NCBI GenBank assembly: GCA_016235455.1
Contig: JACRKZ010000181.1
Location: forward strand, 1 to 52,382
Length of the DNA: 52,382 bases
Source of the DNA: Armatimonadota bacterium
GTDB taxonomy: Bacteria > Armatimonadota > UBA10988
Reading direction: 5' to 3'
The translations under genes and the position numbers were made by a program. Below the pieces are notes generated by a model that was not told the origin of the DNA, ran no database searches, and was given only the letters and a program-made list of their open reading frames with translations. Shown piece after piece: positions 19,823 through 28,050 of this stretch (its first letter is position 1; every line of letters begins with the position of its first letter).

Positions 19823-19839
19823 GGTGCTACATTAGCACC
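19823..19839 (+). promoter_or_regulatory. Palindromic operator candidate overlapping an extended -10 of the peptidase gene
   Basis: GGTGCTA-CAT-TAGCACC perfect 7-bp inverted repeat containing TGnTACATT; extra ATTAGCAC half-site at 19802-19809. Confidence 0.45.
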
Positions 19840-19855
19840 ACAAGGGATACCAACC

Positions 19856-21805
19856 GTGGTCAAGGGACGATGCGCAGCGTGGATGGGACGGCTCGTGGCC
19901 GTGACGATGCTCAGCCTGCTCGGCGCCTGTGGCAGCGGGGGCGGTGGCGGCACGCCGCAGCAGGAGACGGGCTCAGTTACCGTCCGCATCACCTGGCCGG
20001 CGGCGGCCGGGCGGCTCGTCCCCTACGCCGCAGCCTCGGTGGTGGTCACGCTGCGTGACGGGTCGGGCACCGCGCTCGGCTCGGCGACGCTCAACAAGCC
20101 ACAGACCAGCCGCACGCTGACCGGCATCGCCGCGGGCACCGGCACACTCGACTGCGCCGCGTACCCGCAGGCCAATGGCGCCGGTACGGCACTGTCCAGC
20201 GGCTCCACTCCCTTCTCCTTGGCCGGCGGCGGCACCGTGGATGTGCCGGTGGCCATGGGTTCGAGCATCGCCAGCTTCGCGGTCACACCCAACCCGGCGC
20301 CGTGCACCGTGGGCGGCACCGTGACGCTCACCGCTACCGCGCGCAACAGCGCCGGCCAGGTGGTGCTGCTGCCCGACGACGCGGCCAACCATTGGTCGGT
20401 CGTGTCGGGCAGCGGCTTCGTCTCGCTGGTCGCCGCACGCTCGGCGAGCACCTGGACACGCACGGTCAGCGGCACCGCCGCGGGCACCGCGGTGGTCTGC
20501 GCCACGCTCACCGAGGCGCCCGGCGCCACCGCGCGCACCGCCAATGCCACGGTCAACGTGACCAGCAGTGGGGGCGGTGGTGGTGGTGGCGGCGGGTCGC
20601 GCGCCTCGTGGACGCTCATGTTCTACTTCGATGGCGACAACGACCTCGAACCGAACGCGTTCCTGAACCTGGACCAGCTGGAGCAGCTGCCCGACAACGC
20701 CGAGGTCAACCTGGTCTGCCAGATGAAGGCGCTCCGCGGGTTCCCGCAAGGCGCCCGGCAGCCCAGCGCCCGGCGCTTCGTGATCCATCACTCGGGCCTG
20801 CGCAACCAGTACGTTTCAGCCAACCTGGCCACCGAGAGCCCGGCCGGCAGCGCCACCAACCTGGGCAATCTGGACATGGGCCAGGTGGCCTCGGTGAGGA
20901 ACTTCGTCACGTGGGCGCAGACCAACTACCCGGCCGACAACTACGCCATCGACCTGTGGAATCACGGTTCCGGCTGGCAGAACATCGGCCGCGGCCCGTC
21001 GCGGGCGGCCCGCGGCATCCTCTACTCGGACACCTTCCCGGCCTATCTGCACAACGAGGACATGGCCACGGCGCTCACCGCGACCGAGCGCATCGACCTG
21101 CTGATGATGGACGCCTGCAACATGCAGATGGCCGAGGTAGCCTATCAAGTGCGCGGCGTCTGTGACTACGTGGTGGCCAGCCAGGACGTCATGCCGAGCA
21201 CCGGCTACCCCTATCAGCAGATCCTCGCGCCGCTGCTGGCCAACCCCAGCCGCACGCCGAGCCAGGTGGCCAGCGACATCGTCGCCGCCTACACCACCGC
21301 GGCCTACGCCAACAGCAGCCAATGGGGCCTGACGCACTCGGTGGTACGCTGCGACAAGATGGCGCCACTGGCCACGGCGCTGGCCTCCTACTGCGCGGCG
21401 CTGCGCGCCAAGGACGGCACCTACCACACCGCGATCGCCAACGCGCGCGAAGCGACGCAGACGTTCGACGGCGGCGAACCGGCCGACTACGGCAGCGTGC
21501 GCGACCTGGTCGACTTCGTCCAGCGCGTGTCGACGGGCACGGGCGATTCGCAACTGACCACCACCGGCAATGCCGTCATCGCAGCGGTCAGCCAGGCGGT
21601 GGTCGCCGAGGCCCATGTGAACAGCAATGCCTCCGGCGCACCGTCGGAGTCCGGCGCCCACGGGCTGAGCATCTACCTGCCCAACAACGCCGCCGGCTCG
21701 TCCTACGACGCCTGGTCGCTGCTGCGTACGGACTATCTCAAGCAGGCCTTCGCCTCACCGTCGGGCTGGGCGGCGTGGCTGGATGCGTTCTACGGGACGA
21801 ACTGA
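19856..21805 (+). CDS. Clostripain-family (peptidase C11) lipoprotein with N-terminal Ig-like domains
   Basis: Lipobox 'LGAC'; Thr/Gly-rich beta domains ('VTPNPA...VGGTVTLTATA'); Gly linker; 'YFDGDNDLE', catalytic His 'WNHGSGW' and Cys 'DACNM', 'HGLSIYLP'. Start GTG19856 or ATG19883. Confidence 0.88.
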   Translation: MVKGRCAAWMGRLVAVTMLSLLGACGSGGGGGTPQQETGSVTVRITWPAAAGRLVPYAAASVVVTLRDGSGTALGSATLNKPQTSRTLTGIAAGTGTLDCAAYPQANGAGTALSSGSTPFSLAGGGTVDVPVAMGSSIASFAVTPNPAPCTVGGTVTLTATARNSAGQVVLLPDDAANHWSVVSGSGFVSLVAARSASTWTRTVSGTAAGTAVVCATLTEAPGATARTANATVNVTSSGGGGGGGGGSRASWTLMFYFDGDNDLEPNAFLNLDQLEQLPDNAEVNLVCQMKALRGFPQGARQPSARRFVIHHSGLRNQYVSANLATESPAGSATNLGNLDMGQVASVRNFVTWAQTNYPADNYAIDLWNHGSGWQNIGRGPSRAARGILYSDTFPAYLHNEDMATALTATERIDLLMMDACNMQMAEVAYQVRGVCDYVVASQDVMPSTGYPYQQILAPLLANPSRTPSQVASDIVAAYTTAAYANSSQWGLTHSVVRCDKMAPLATALASYCAALRAKDGTYHTAIANAREATQTFDGGEPADYGSVRDLVDFVQRVSTGTGDSQLTTTGNAVIAAVSQAVVAEAHVNSNASGAPSESGAHGLSIYLPNNAAGSSYDAWSLLRTDYLKQAFASPSGWAAWLDAFYGTN

Positions 21806-21808
21806 CGG

Positions 21809-23161
21809 CTAGAAGCCCAGGCCGGGCCCATCCATCAGCCCCGTGGCGATGAGCCCGGCGCTCGGCTTGAACACGCTCGGGTAGCGTGCGGCCCACTCGA
21901 CATTGGACTCGGGGCAGTACTGGCGGCCGTTGCCTTCGATGGCCGTGACCGCGGGAATGTGCGCGGCCAGGGCGGCCGAGTGCAGGAACGCCGCACCTGG
22001 GCAGGTCAGGTCCTGCACACACAGGAACAGCCCGTCGCGCTGCGCGGCGGCCGCCATCAGCAGCGCCTGGCTGTGGCCCTTGCACGCCTTGAGCGCCACG
22101 CCGCTGTAGCCCTGCTCCTTGGCCAGGTAGTAGGTGTCCAGGTCGGTCAGCGACTCGTCGATGACCACCGGCTTGATGGCCGCCGCGCGGTGCATGACGT
22201 TCTCGGGATGCGCCCGCAGATCACGCGCGGTGGGCTGCTCGATATAGGCCACGCGCGAGAAGGCACGCGGCGCGAGATCTTCGCAGAGCGCCAGGAATTC
22301 GAGGATGTACTCGACACTCGCGCAGCGCTCGTTGAAGTCCAGCGAGTAGACCCACGCATCGCGGCCCAGCCGGGCCATGGCTTCGCCCGCGGCCGCCTCC
22401 ACGGCGGCCACGCGGCGCGCGTCCCAGGCCACGTCCTCGCCGTTGAGCTTGATCTTGAGGTGCGTCAGGTCGTCGGCGATGATCCAGTCGACAAGCGTCT
22501 CGGGCAGTCCGTCGCCAATCGGCTGCGCCACATCGCCCGCCGTCAGCGGATCGAGTGCGCCAACCAGGTGGTACAGCGGCAGCGCCGTCTTGGGCCGCGG
22601 GCTGACGAACTGGTCCAGCGTCAGGCCGGCGAACGACTCGTCCAGGAACCGGCTCAAGTCGCCCGACAGGTGCTCAGGGCCATAGAGCTCCCAGCTATGC
22701 CGACCCAGAGCGCGGCCATAGGCGTCGTGCAGCGCGGCGTCGATAGGGCTGGTCTCGACCAGCGCATAGAGCTTGGGCATGGGCTCGCCCAGGCCGTGCT
22801 CGCGGCTCACCTGGGCGGCCAGGTCCAGCCAGACCGGCTCGGCCTGGTGAGCGATCTCGATGGGGTGAGCGTAGCCATCGAACGCCGCCGTGGCCGCGGT
22901 CGCGCGCCGGAACAGCGCCAGCCCCGCGGCCGACGCCTGCTCGGGCGTGACGACCTTGCTGGGGAAGCCCCACACGCTGCCCTGGGGCATCCAGCCATGA
23001 CCCACGCCACGCCGGCCGTCACGCGTCTCCACGGTGGCGACCACATGCAGGTTGTAGGAGAAGGTCACCACCTGGCCACCGAACTTGAGCGGCGTGCGGA
23101 AACGCGACTCGGTGGTGTCGGCGGCCAGTTCGAGGATACGGATGTCGGTGGGGTAAGGCAT
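21809..23161 (-). CDS. Mandelate racemase/muconate lactonizing enzyme family (enolase superfamily) protein
   Basis: KxK motif 'HLKIKL'; metal ligands 'DFNE', 'EQP', 'DES'; 'ALKACKG'; 'SPIDAALHDA'. Confidence 0.88.
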   Translation of the reverse strand: MPYPTDIRILELAADTTESRFRTPLKFGGQVVTFSYNLHVVATVETRDGRRGVGHGWMPQGSVWGFPSKVVTPEQASAAGLALFRRATAATAAFDGYAHPIEIAHQAEPVWLDLAAQVSREHGLGEPMPKLYALVETSPIDAALHDAYGRALGRHSWELYGPEHLSGDLSRFLDESFAGLTLDQFVSPRPKTALPLYHLVGALDPLTAGDVAQPIGDGLPETLVDWIIADDLTHLKIKLNGEDVAWDARRVAAVEAAAGEAMARLGRDAWVYSLDFNERCASVEYILEFLALCEDLAPRAFSRVAYIEQPTARDLRAHPENVMHRAAAIKPVVIDESLTDLDTYYLAKEQGYSGVALKACKGHSQALLMAAAAQRDGLFLCVQDLTCPGAAFLHSAALAAHIPAVTAIEGNGRQYCPESNVEWAARYPSVFKPSAGLIATGLMDGPGLGF

Positions 23162-23207
23162 CAGTGCTGCTCCCGGCAGGGCCGTTGAACTCGAGCTCTC
23201 TGAGAGC

Positions 23208-23274
23208 CCGCGATTACGCAGGCTACTCAGATGAGCGAACCCGCCATCTGTGCAATCTGCGTAATCTGTGGATC
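23208..23274. repeat. Empty (gene-less) copy of the CACAGATTA inverted-repeat element
   Basis: Right arm CATCTGTG CAATCTGCG TAATCTGTG GATC (23245-74) is nearly identical to 25233-63; degenerate left arm CCGCGATTACGCAGGCTACTCAGATG (23208-33). Confidence 0.8.
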
Positions 23275-23303
23275 GTTGTCCGTTCAAGGTGATGGTGCTG
23301 CGG

Positions 23304-24782
23304 TCAGTCAACCGCCGCGGCCACCTCGCCCCGCAGCCGCTCACGCGCGGCGTCCACCTCGGCGGCGCGATGCGCCACATCCTGCTCGGCGGCGTCCACG
23401 CCGGCGCCCAGCGCGGCGATCATGCGCGTCACCTCCGCCGGCGACGGGCCGCCCTGGCTGGTCTGGCGACGCACGCCGGCCAGCGGGTCCAGCACGTCGG
23501 CCACCGTGGCGGCATCGGTGGCGATGCCCGCCTCGCCCAGCGCCGCCAGAACGGTCGAGGTGTCGGCGAATGTCCGCTCGGCGCGGCTCAGCGTGCCCAC
23601 CAGCGAGCCGACAATCTCGTGCGCGTGACGGAACGGCACACCGTGCGCCGCCACCAGCCAGTTGGCCAACTGCGTGGCCACCGCGAAGTTGCCGTCCACC
23701 AGCGCGCGCATGCGCTCAGCCTTGACCCGCAGCGTGCCCACCGCGCCGGTCAGCGTGGCCAGCGCGCCCAGCGTCTGGTCGAAGGCGGCCCATACCGGCG
23801 GTTTGTCTTCCTGCAGGTCGCGGCTGTAGCCGAAGCTGACCGACTTGGTCACCGTCAGCAACGCCATCAGGTCGCCGATGACCCGGCCGGCCTTGCCGCG
23901 CGTCAGCTCCGCGCAATCGGGGTTCTTTTTCTGCGGCATGATGGAGCTGCCCGAGGTGTAGGCGTCGTCCAGCTCGACCATGCGGAACTCGTGGCTGCTC
24001 CACCACACCAGCTCCTCGCTCAGCCGGCTCAGCCCGACCATGACCATGGTCAGCGCGGACAGCGACTCGACCAAAAAGTCGCGCGAACTGGTCACGTCGA
24101 GCGCATGGTCCTGAACGCTGCCAAAGCCCATCAGTTCGGCAGTCAGCGCGCGGTCGATGGGCAGGTCGGTGCCGGCCACGGCACACGCGCCGAGCGGGCA
24201 GAGATTGACGATCTCGTAGGCGGCGCGTAGCCGCCGCAGGTCGCGCAGCCAGGCCGAGACGTGCGCCGTGGCCCAGAACCCGACGGTGATCGGCTGGGCA
24301 TGCTGGCTGTGGGTGTAGCCGGGCATGACCGTCTCGATGTGCTCCGCGGCGCGGCCCAGCATGGTACGCGCCAGCCCGACCAGGGCCTGTTCCGTCTCCA
24401 TCAGGCGCGCGCGCACATACAGGCGGCAGTCGGTGAGCACCTGGTCGTTGCGACTGCGCGCGGTGTGCAGCCGCCCGCCAAACACCGCGCCGGCGCCTTC
24501 GGTGACGTACCGCTCGACGTTCATGTGCACATCTTCGAGCTCGGGCTTGAGCTGGAACGCCCCCGACTCGTGGTCGGCGCGCGCGCGCTCGAGCCAGGTG
24601 AGGATGTGCCGCAGGTCCTCGGCCGAGATGATGCCTTGGCGGCAGAGCATGATCGCGTGCGCCTGGCTGCCCCAGATGTCCTCGGCGACCATACGCGAGT
24701 CCACCGACAGACTCTCGGTATAGGCAGCCATAGCCGCCGCCATCGAAGCCTCAAACCGACCACCCCAGGGACTCGCGCTCAC
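23304..24782 (-). CDS. argH: Argininosuccinate lyase
   Basis: 'WGGRF', 'EDVHMNVE', 'LHTARSRNDQV', 'MPGYTH', signature 'GSSIMPQKKNPD', 'DLQEDK'. Confidence 0.97.
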   Translation of the reverse strand: MSASPWGGRFEASMAAAMAAYTESLSVDSRMVAEDIWGSQAHAIMLCRQGIISAEDLRHILTWLERARADHESGAFQLKPELEDVHMNVERYVTEGAGAVFGGRLHTARSRNDQVLTDCRLYVRARLMETEQALVGLARTMLGRAAEHIETVMPGYTHSQHAQPITVGFWATAHVSAWLRDLRRLRAAYEIVNLCPLGACAVAGTDLPIDRALTAELMGFGSVQDHALDVTSSRDFLVESLSALTMVMVGLSRLSEELVWWSSHEFRMVELDDAYTSGSSIMPQKKNPDCAELTRGKAGRVIGDLMALLTVTKSVSFGYSRDLQEDKPPVWAAFDQTLGALATLTGAVGTLRVKAERMRALVDGNFAVATQLANWLVAAHGVPFRHAHEIVGSLVGTLSRAERTFADTSTVLAALGEAGIATDAATVADVLDPLAGVRRQTSQGGPSPAEVTRMIAALGAGVDAAEQDVAHRAAEVDAARERLRGEVAAAVD

Positions 24783-24800
24783 GGCCGTCTCCTTGCAGAA

Positions 24801-25263
24801 GATCCACAGATTACACAGATTACACAGATTACGGTCCGCTCACGAGACAAACCGCTTGGTCTCCAGGCTCTTCGCGCCGAAGTTCAGCAGGAGCGCACGA
24901 CGGTAGCCGGTCGCTCGAAGATAGTTGAGCACCTGCGACTCCTCAATGCCGCCGACTTTGGACAGAGCCTTGGTCTCGACGATCACCTCATCGTAGCAGA
25001 CGAAGTCAGCCCGGTAGGACGACGGCAGTTGGACCTCTTTGTAGACCACCGGCAACTGGACCTCGCGGTCGTAGGGTATACCGCGAATGCCGTACTCGAT
25101 CTGCAGCGCATCCTGGTAGACCGCCTCCAGGAATCCAGAACCCAACACCCTGTGCACCTCAAAGGCAGCGCCGATGATGGCGTACGTCTCAGGATCCCTC
25201 GGCTCTCCAGACATGCCAACCTGCCCAACGCCTAATCTGTGTAATCTGCGTAATCTGTGGATC
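24801..25263. mobile_element. Putative mobile cassette: GxxExxY nuclease gene flanked by 31-bp terminal inverted repeats
   Basis: GATC(CACAGATTA)x3 at 24801-31; its inverse TAATCTGTG TAATCTGCG TAATCTGTG GATC at 25233-63 (30/31 identity); inserted between co-oriented pyrB and argH; arms are AT-rich relative to the genome. Confidence 0.7.
24840..25214 (-). CDS. GxxExxY protein (PD-(D/E)XK nuclease superfamily)
   Basis: 'IIGAAFEVHRVLGSGFLEAVY' (GxxExxY); 'YRADFVCYDEVIVETKA' intact D...ExK; 'QVLNYLRATG...LLLNFG'. Confidence 0.93.
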   Translation of the reverse strand: MSGEPRDPETYAIIGAAFEVHRVLGSGFLEAVYQDALQIEYGIRGIPYDREVQLPVVYKEVQLPSSYRADFVCYDEVIVETKALSKVGGIEESQVLNYLRATGYRRALLLNFGAKSLETKRFVS

Positions 25264-25270
25264 AGACTCG

Positions 25271-26350
25271 CTACACCGCCAGCTCCAGGTCGCAGTAGTC
25301 GCACCGCCGCCGCCCGTCGCCGAGCACCACCATCTGCGGCAGGCTGTACTCCTCGACGCGGTTGGCGCAGTCGGGATTGGGGCAGCGCGGCTCGCCGACG
25401 ATGCGCTGCGTCGAGGGCGCCGGCGCCTCGATGCCGTCCGATGACACCGCGCCCAGCAGCGAGGCCAGCAGCGCCATGCGCACCGGCACCCCGTAAGCCG
25501 CCTGGCCAAAGTACGCCGCGCGGCGGTCAAGGTCGACGTTGTAGGCGATTTCGTCGACACGCGGCAACGGGTGCATGACCAGCATCTCGGGCTTGGAGCG
25601 TTCCAGCAGTTCCGCGTCGATGATGTAGGTGCCCTTGACCGCCTCGTACTCGCTGGCGTCGGGGAAGCGCTCGCGCTGGATGCGCGTCACGTACAGCACG
25701 TCGAGGTCGCCCAGCACGTCTTCCACGCGTTGACACAGGCTCACCTGACGGCGCGCGGGCCGGTAGCGCTCGGGCAGTTGCAGCACGTCAGGTGCAATGC
25801 AGGTGATGCGCACGTCGTAATGCTCCAGCGCGTGCAGCAGGCTGTGCACGGTCCGGCCGAAGCGCAGATCGCCGCACAGACCGATGTGCAGACCGTCGAT
25901 GCCGCCGCGCTCGCGCTGGATGGTGAACAGGTCGGTCAGCGTCTGCGTGGGATGCTGATGCCCGCCGTCGCCGGCGTTGATCACCGGCCGGCGGCAGTAG
26001 TCGGCGGCGATCTTGGCCGAGCCCTCGACCGGGTGGCGCAACACGATCACGTCGGCGTAGCTCTCGATGATGCGGGCCGTGTCGGCCAGCGTCTCGCCCT
26101 TGACCGCCGATGACGTGCGCGCGTCCTGGAAGCCGATGACCGAGCCGCCCAGCCGTTGCATGGCGCTCTCGAAGCTCAGCCGGGTGCGCGTGCTGGGCTC
26201 GAAGAAGGCCGTGGCCAGGATGCGGCCGGCGCACAGGTCGAGGCGTTGACCGATGTGGTCCTGCATGTCGCCGGCCACCGCCAGAATGTGGCGAATCTCA
26301 GCGGCCGAGAAGTCATCGACCCGGATCAGACTGCGTCCCACCAGCGACAT
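25271..26350 (-). CDS. pyrB: Aspartate carbamoyltransferase catalytic chain fused to a PyrI-type Zn-binding domain
   Basis: 'FFEPSTRTRLSFE', 'KGETLADT', 'NAGDGGHQHPTQ', 'RIQRERF', 'MHPLPR'; C-terminal 'RCPNPDC...RCDYCD'; GGAGAG RBS. Confidence 0.95.
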   Translation of the reverse strand: MSLVGRSLIRVDDFSAAEIRHILAVAGDMQDHIGQRLDLCAGRILATAFFEPSTRTRLSFESAMQRLGGSVIGFQDARTSSAVKGETLADTARIIESYADVIVLRHPVEGSAKIAADYCRRPVINAGDGGHQHPTQTLTDLFTIQRERGGIDGLHIGLCGDLRFGRTVHSLLHALEHYDVRITCIAPDVLQLPERYRPARRQVSLCQRVEDVLGDLDVLYVTRIQRERFPDASEYEAVKGTYIIDAELLERSKPEMLVMHPLPRVDEIAYNVDLDRRAAYFGQAAYGVPVRMALLASLLGAVSSDGIEAPAPSTQRIVGEPRCPNPDCANRVEEYSLPQMVVLGDGRRRCDYCDLELAV

Positions 26351-26385
26351 CGTGCTCTCCCTTGTTTTGTTTGCTCCATCCGGTC

Positions 26386-27234
26386 CTACAACGTCTCGGC
26401 CTTCTCGCGACAGGCGCGCACGTAGGCGAAATCCTCGCGCGTCTGGTCGACCACCTCGTCGACGGTCAGGTCGCGCCAGCTGTGGCCGCCCTGGTACTCG
26501 CCATGCAGCGACACGACCCCGTCGAACCCGCTGGCCAGCAGGCAGCGCCACACGGCCACCCAGTCCACCATGCCGCGCGTCAGCGGCACCATCTTGTTCA
26601 CGTAGCGGCCCGTGCGGCCGTCGTCGGGCCGGTGCAGCCAGGCCATCGACTTGACCGCCATCAGCACGGTGCGCTCGGCCAGCATCTCCAAGCCCTGGCG
26701 CCAGACGTCGACCCCGCCTTCGATGACCATGTGGCCAGGGTCGATGTAGGCGCCCACCGTTGCGGGGTCGTGGTCGGCCAGAAGTTGCGCGACCACCGCC
26801 GGGTTGGCGGTGACGAAGTTGCCCGAGTGGATGTGCAGGTTCAGGCGCACGCCGCAGCGCTGCGCGGTGGCCGCGGCATCGGCCAGATCGGCGCGCGCCT
26901 GGTCGATGAGCGCCATGAACTCGCCGTAGCCACGATAGGTGTGGTAGCCGTACTTGATCTCGCGGATGCCGCAGGCCGCCGCCGCTTCGATGGTGGCCTG
27001 GCCGTGGTCCGCGTCGGCGCGCACCAGGTTGGTGGTGATCATGGGCACGCTCAAGCCCGCCCCAGCGCAGGTGGCCACCGCCTTGGGCAGGTCCTTGGCC
27101 ACGTTCTCGGGCAGCACGTAGCCGCCGGCGCGAACGGTCAGGTCCAGCCCTCCGAATCCCATGCCGGCGACCACGGCGGCGGCTCGGGCCAGGGGCCACT
27201 CCTGCAAGTGCTTGGCGAACATGACGTACTGCAT
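26386..27234 (-). CDS. Sugar phosphate isomerase/epimerase family TIM barrel
   Basis: 'FAKHLQ...GFGGLDLTVRAGG', 'DPGH', 'AVK', 'GFDGVVSLHGEY'; GGAGG RBS. Confidence 0.85.
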   Translation of the reverse strand: MQYVMFAKHLQEWPLARAAAVVAGMGFGGLDLTVRAGGYVLPENVAKDLPKAVATCAGAGLSVPMITTNLVRADADHGQATIEAAAACGIREIKYGYHTYRGYGEFMALIDQARADLADAAATAQRCGVRLNLHIHSGNFVTANPAVVAQLLADHDPATVGAYIDPGHMVIEGGVDVWRQGLEMLAERTVLMAVKSMAWLHRPDDGRTGRYVNKMVPLTRGMVDWVAVWRCLLASGFDGVVSLHGEYQGGHSWRDLTVDEVVDQTREDFAYVRACREKAETL

Positions 27235-27375
27235 GGGGCACCTCCACTGGGTTCGCCTTGTTCGCTTCGCGAGCCGACGATCCCTCCTGGCCACCAGCAC
27301 GCCGACCAGCCGACGCGGTTGCGGGCCTGCGCTATAATGAGACACTGGGTGAGCCAGACTCGAGGAGAGAAAACG

Positions 27376-27891
27376 ATGCGTAAGGCGTTGACTGCGATGA
27401 TCGCGATGGCTGCCTGCCTGTTGTGGGCCGGTAGCGTGTTGGCCGACCCGCCCGCCGCGGGCGCCGACGCCCCTGATTTCAAGGTGACCGACCTCGACGG
27501 CAAGGAAGTGGCGCTCAAGGATCTCAAGGGCAAGGTCGTGTTTGTCGACTTCTGGGCCACCTGGTGCCCGCCCTGCAAGCGCGCCCTGCCGCACACGCAG
27601 GAGATCTCCGAGCGCGAGGAAGTCAAGAAGGGCGATCTCGTGGTCGTGGCCGTGTCCAACGAGACCGAGGACCTGGTCAAGAAGTTCCTGGCCGACAACA
27701 AGTACACCTTCCGCACAGCCTGTGATAAGGGCCTCGGCGGCAAGTACGGGGTGCGCGGCATCCCCACGTTCATCATCATCGGCAAGGACGGCAAGGTCGT
27801 TGACTCGTTGGTCGGATTCGCTGGCGACTCCACGGCCAAGCAGATCGACGAGGCCATCGCCAAGGGCCTCAAGGCCGACGCGCCGAAGTAG
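27376..27891 (+). CDS. Exported TlpA/ResA-like thiol-disulfide oxidoreductase
   Basis: Signal peptide; 'DFWATWCPPC'; cis-Pro motif 'GVRGIPT'; GAGGAG RBS; TATAAT at 27333-38. Confidence 0.92.
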   Translation: MRKALTAMIAMAACLLWAGSVLADPPAAGADAPDFKVTDLDGKEVALKDLKGKVVFVDFWATWCPPCKRALPHTQEISEREEVKKGDLVVVAVSNETEDLVKKFLADNKYTFRTACDKGLGGKYGVRGIPTFIIIGKDGKVVDSLVGFAGDSTAKQIDEAIAKGLKADAPK

Positions 27892-27904
27892 GTGTTGCGA
27901 GCCA

Positions 27905-27996
27905 GGGCGTCGGGCCTCGCCAGCGCGACAGAGCCGCGCAGCGCTCGCCCGACGCCCCACACACCGCGGGTCACGGCCCCAGGTCGTGACCCACGG
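27905..27996. repeat. Two tandem GC-rich hairpins (degenerate REP-like or terminator) downstream of the redoxin
   Basis: GGGCGTCGGGC/GCCCGACGCCC (27905-57) and GGGTCACGGCC/GGTCGTGACCC (27968-92). Confidence 0.5.
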
Positions 27997-28050
27997 CGGG
28001 CAGTCGGCCCGTCGTTTGTGCCCGCGCGCGCGATGGGCTAGACTCAGAGC

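Noticed and set aside
19803-19830. CIRCE (HrcA) element
   Set aside because: The inner TC/GA positions are missing, the spacer is 10 rather than 9 nt, and no chaperone gene is adjacent.
20570-20596. GGN trinucleotide run as a phase-variable repeat
   Set aside because: It is an in-frame, mixed-codon poly-Gly linker between the Ig-like and peptidase domains.
24805-24831. CACAGATTA tandem units as a CRISPR array or simple microsatellite
   Set aside because: The units are 9 bp with no spacers and there are no cas genes. They occur as inverted pairs at gene boundaries, which fits terminal arms rather than a slippage repeat.
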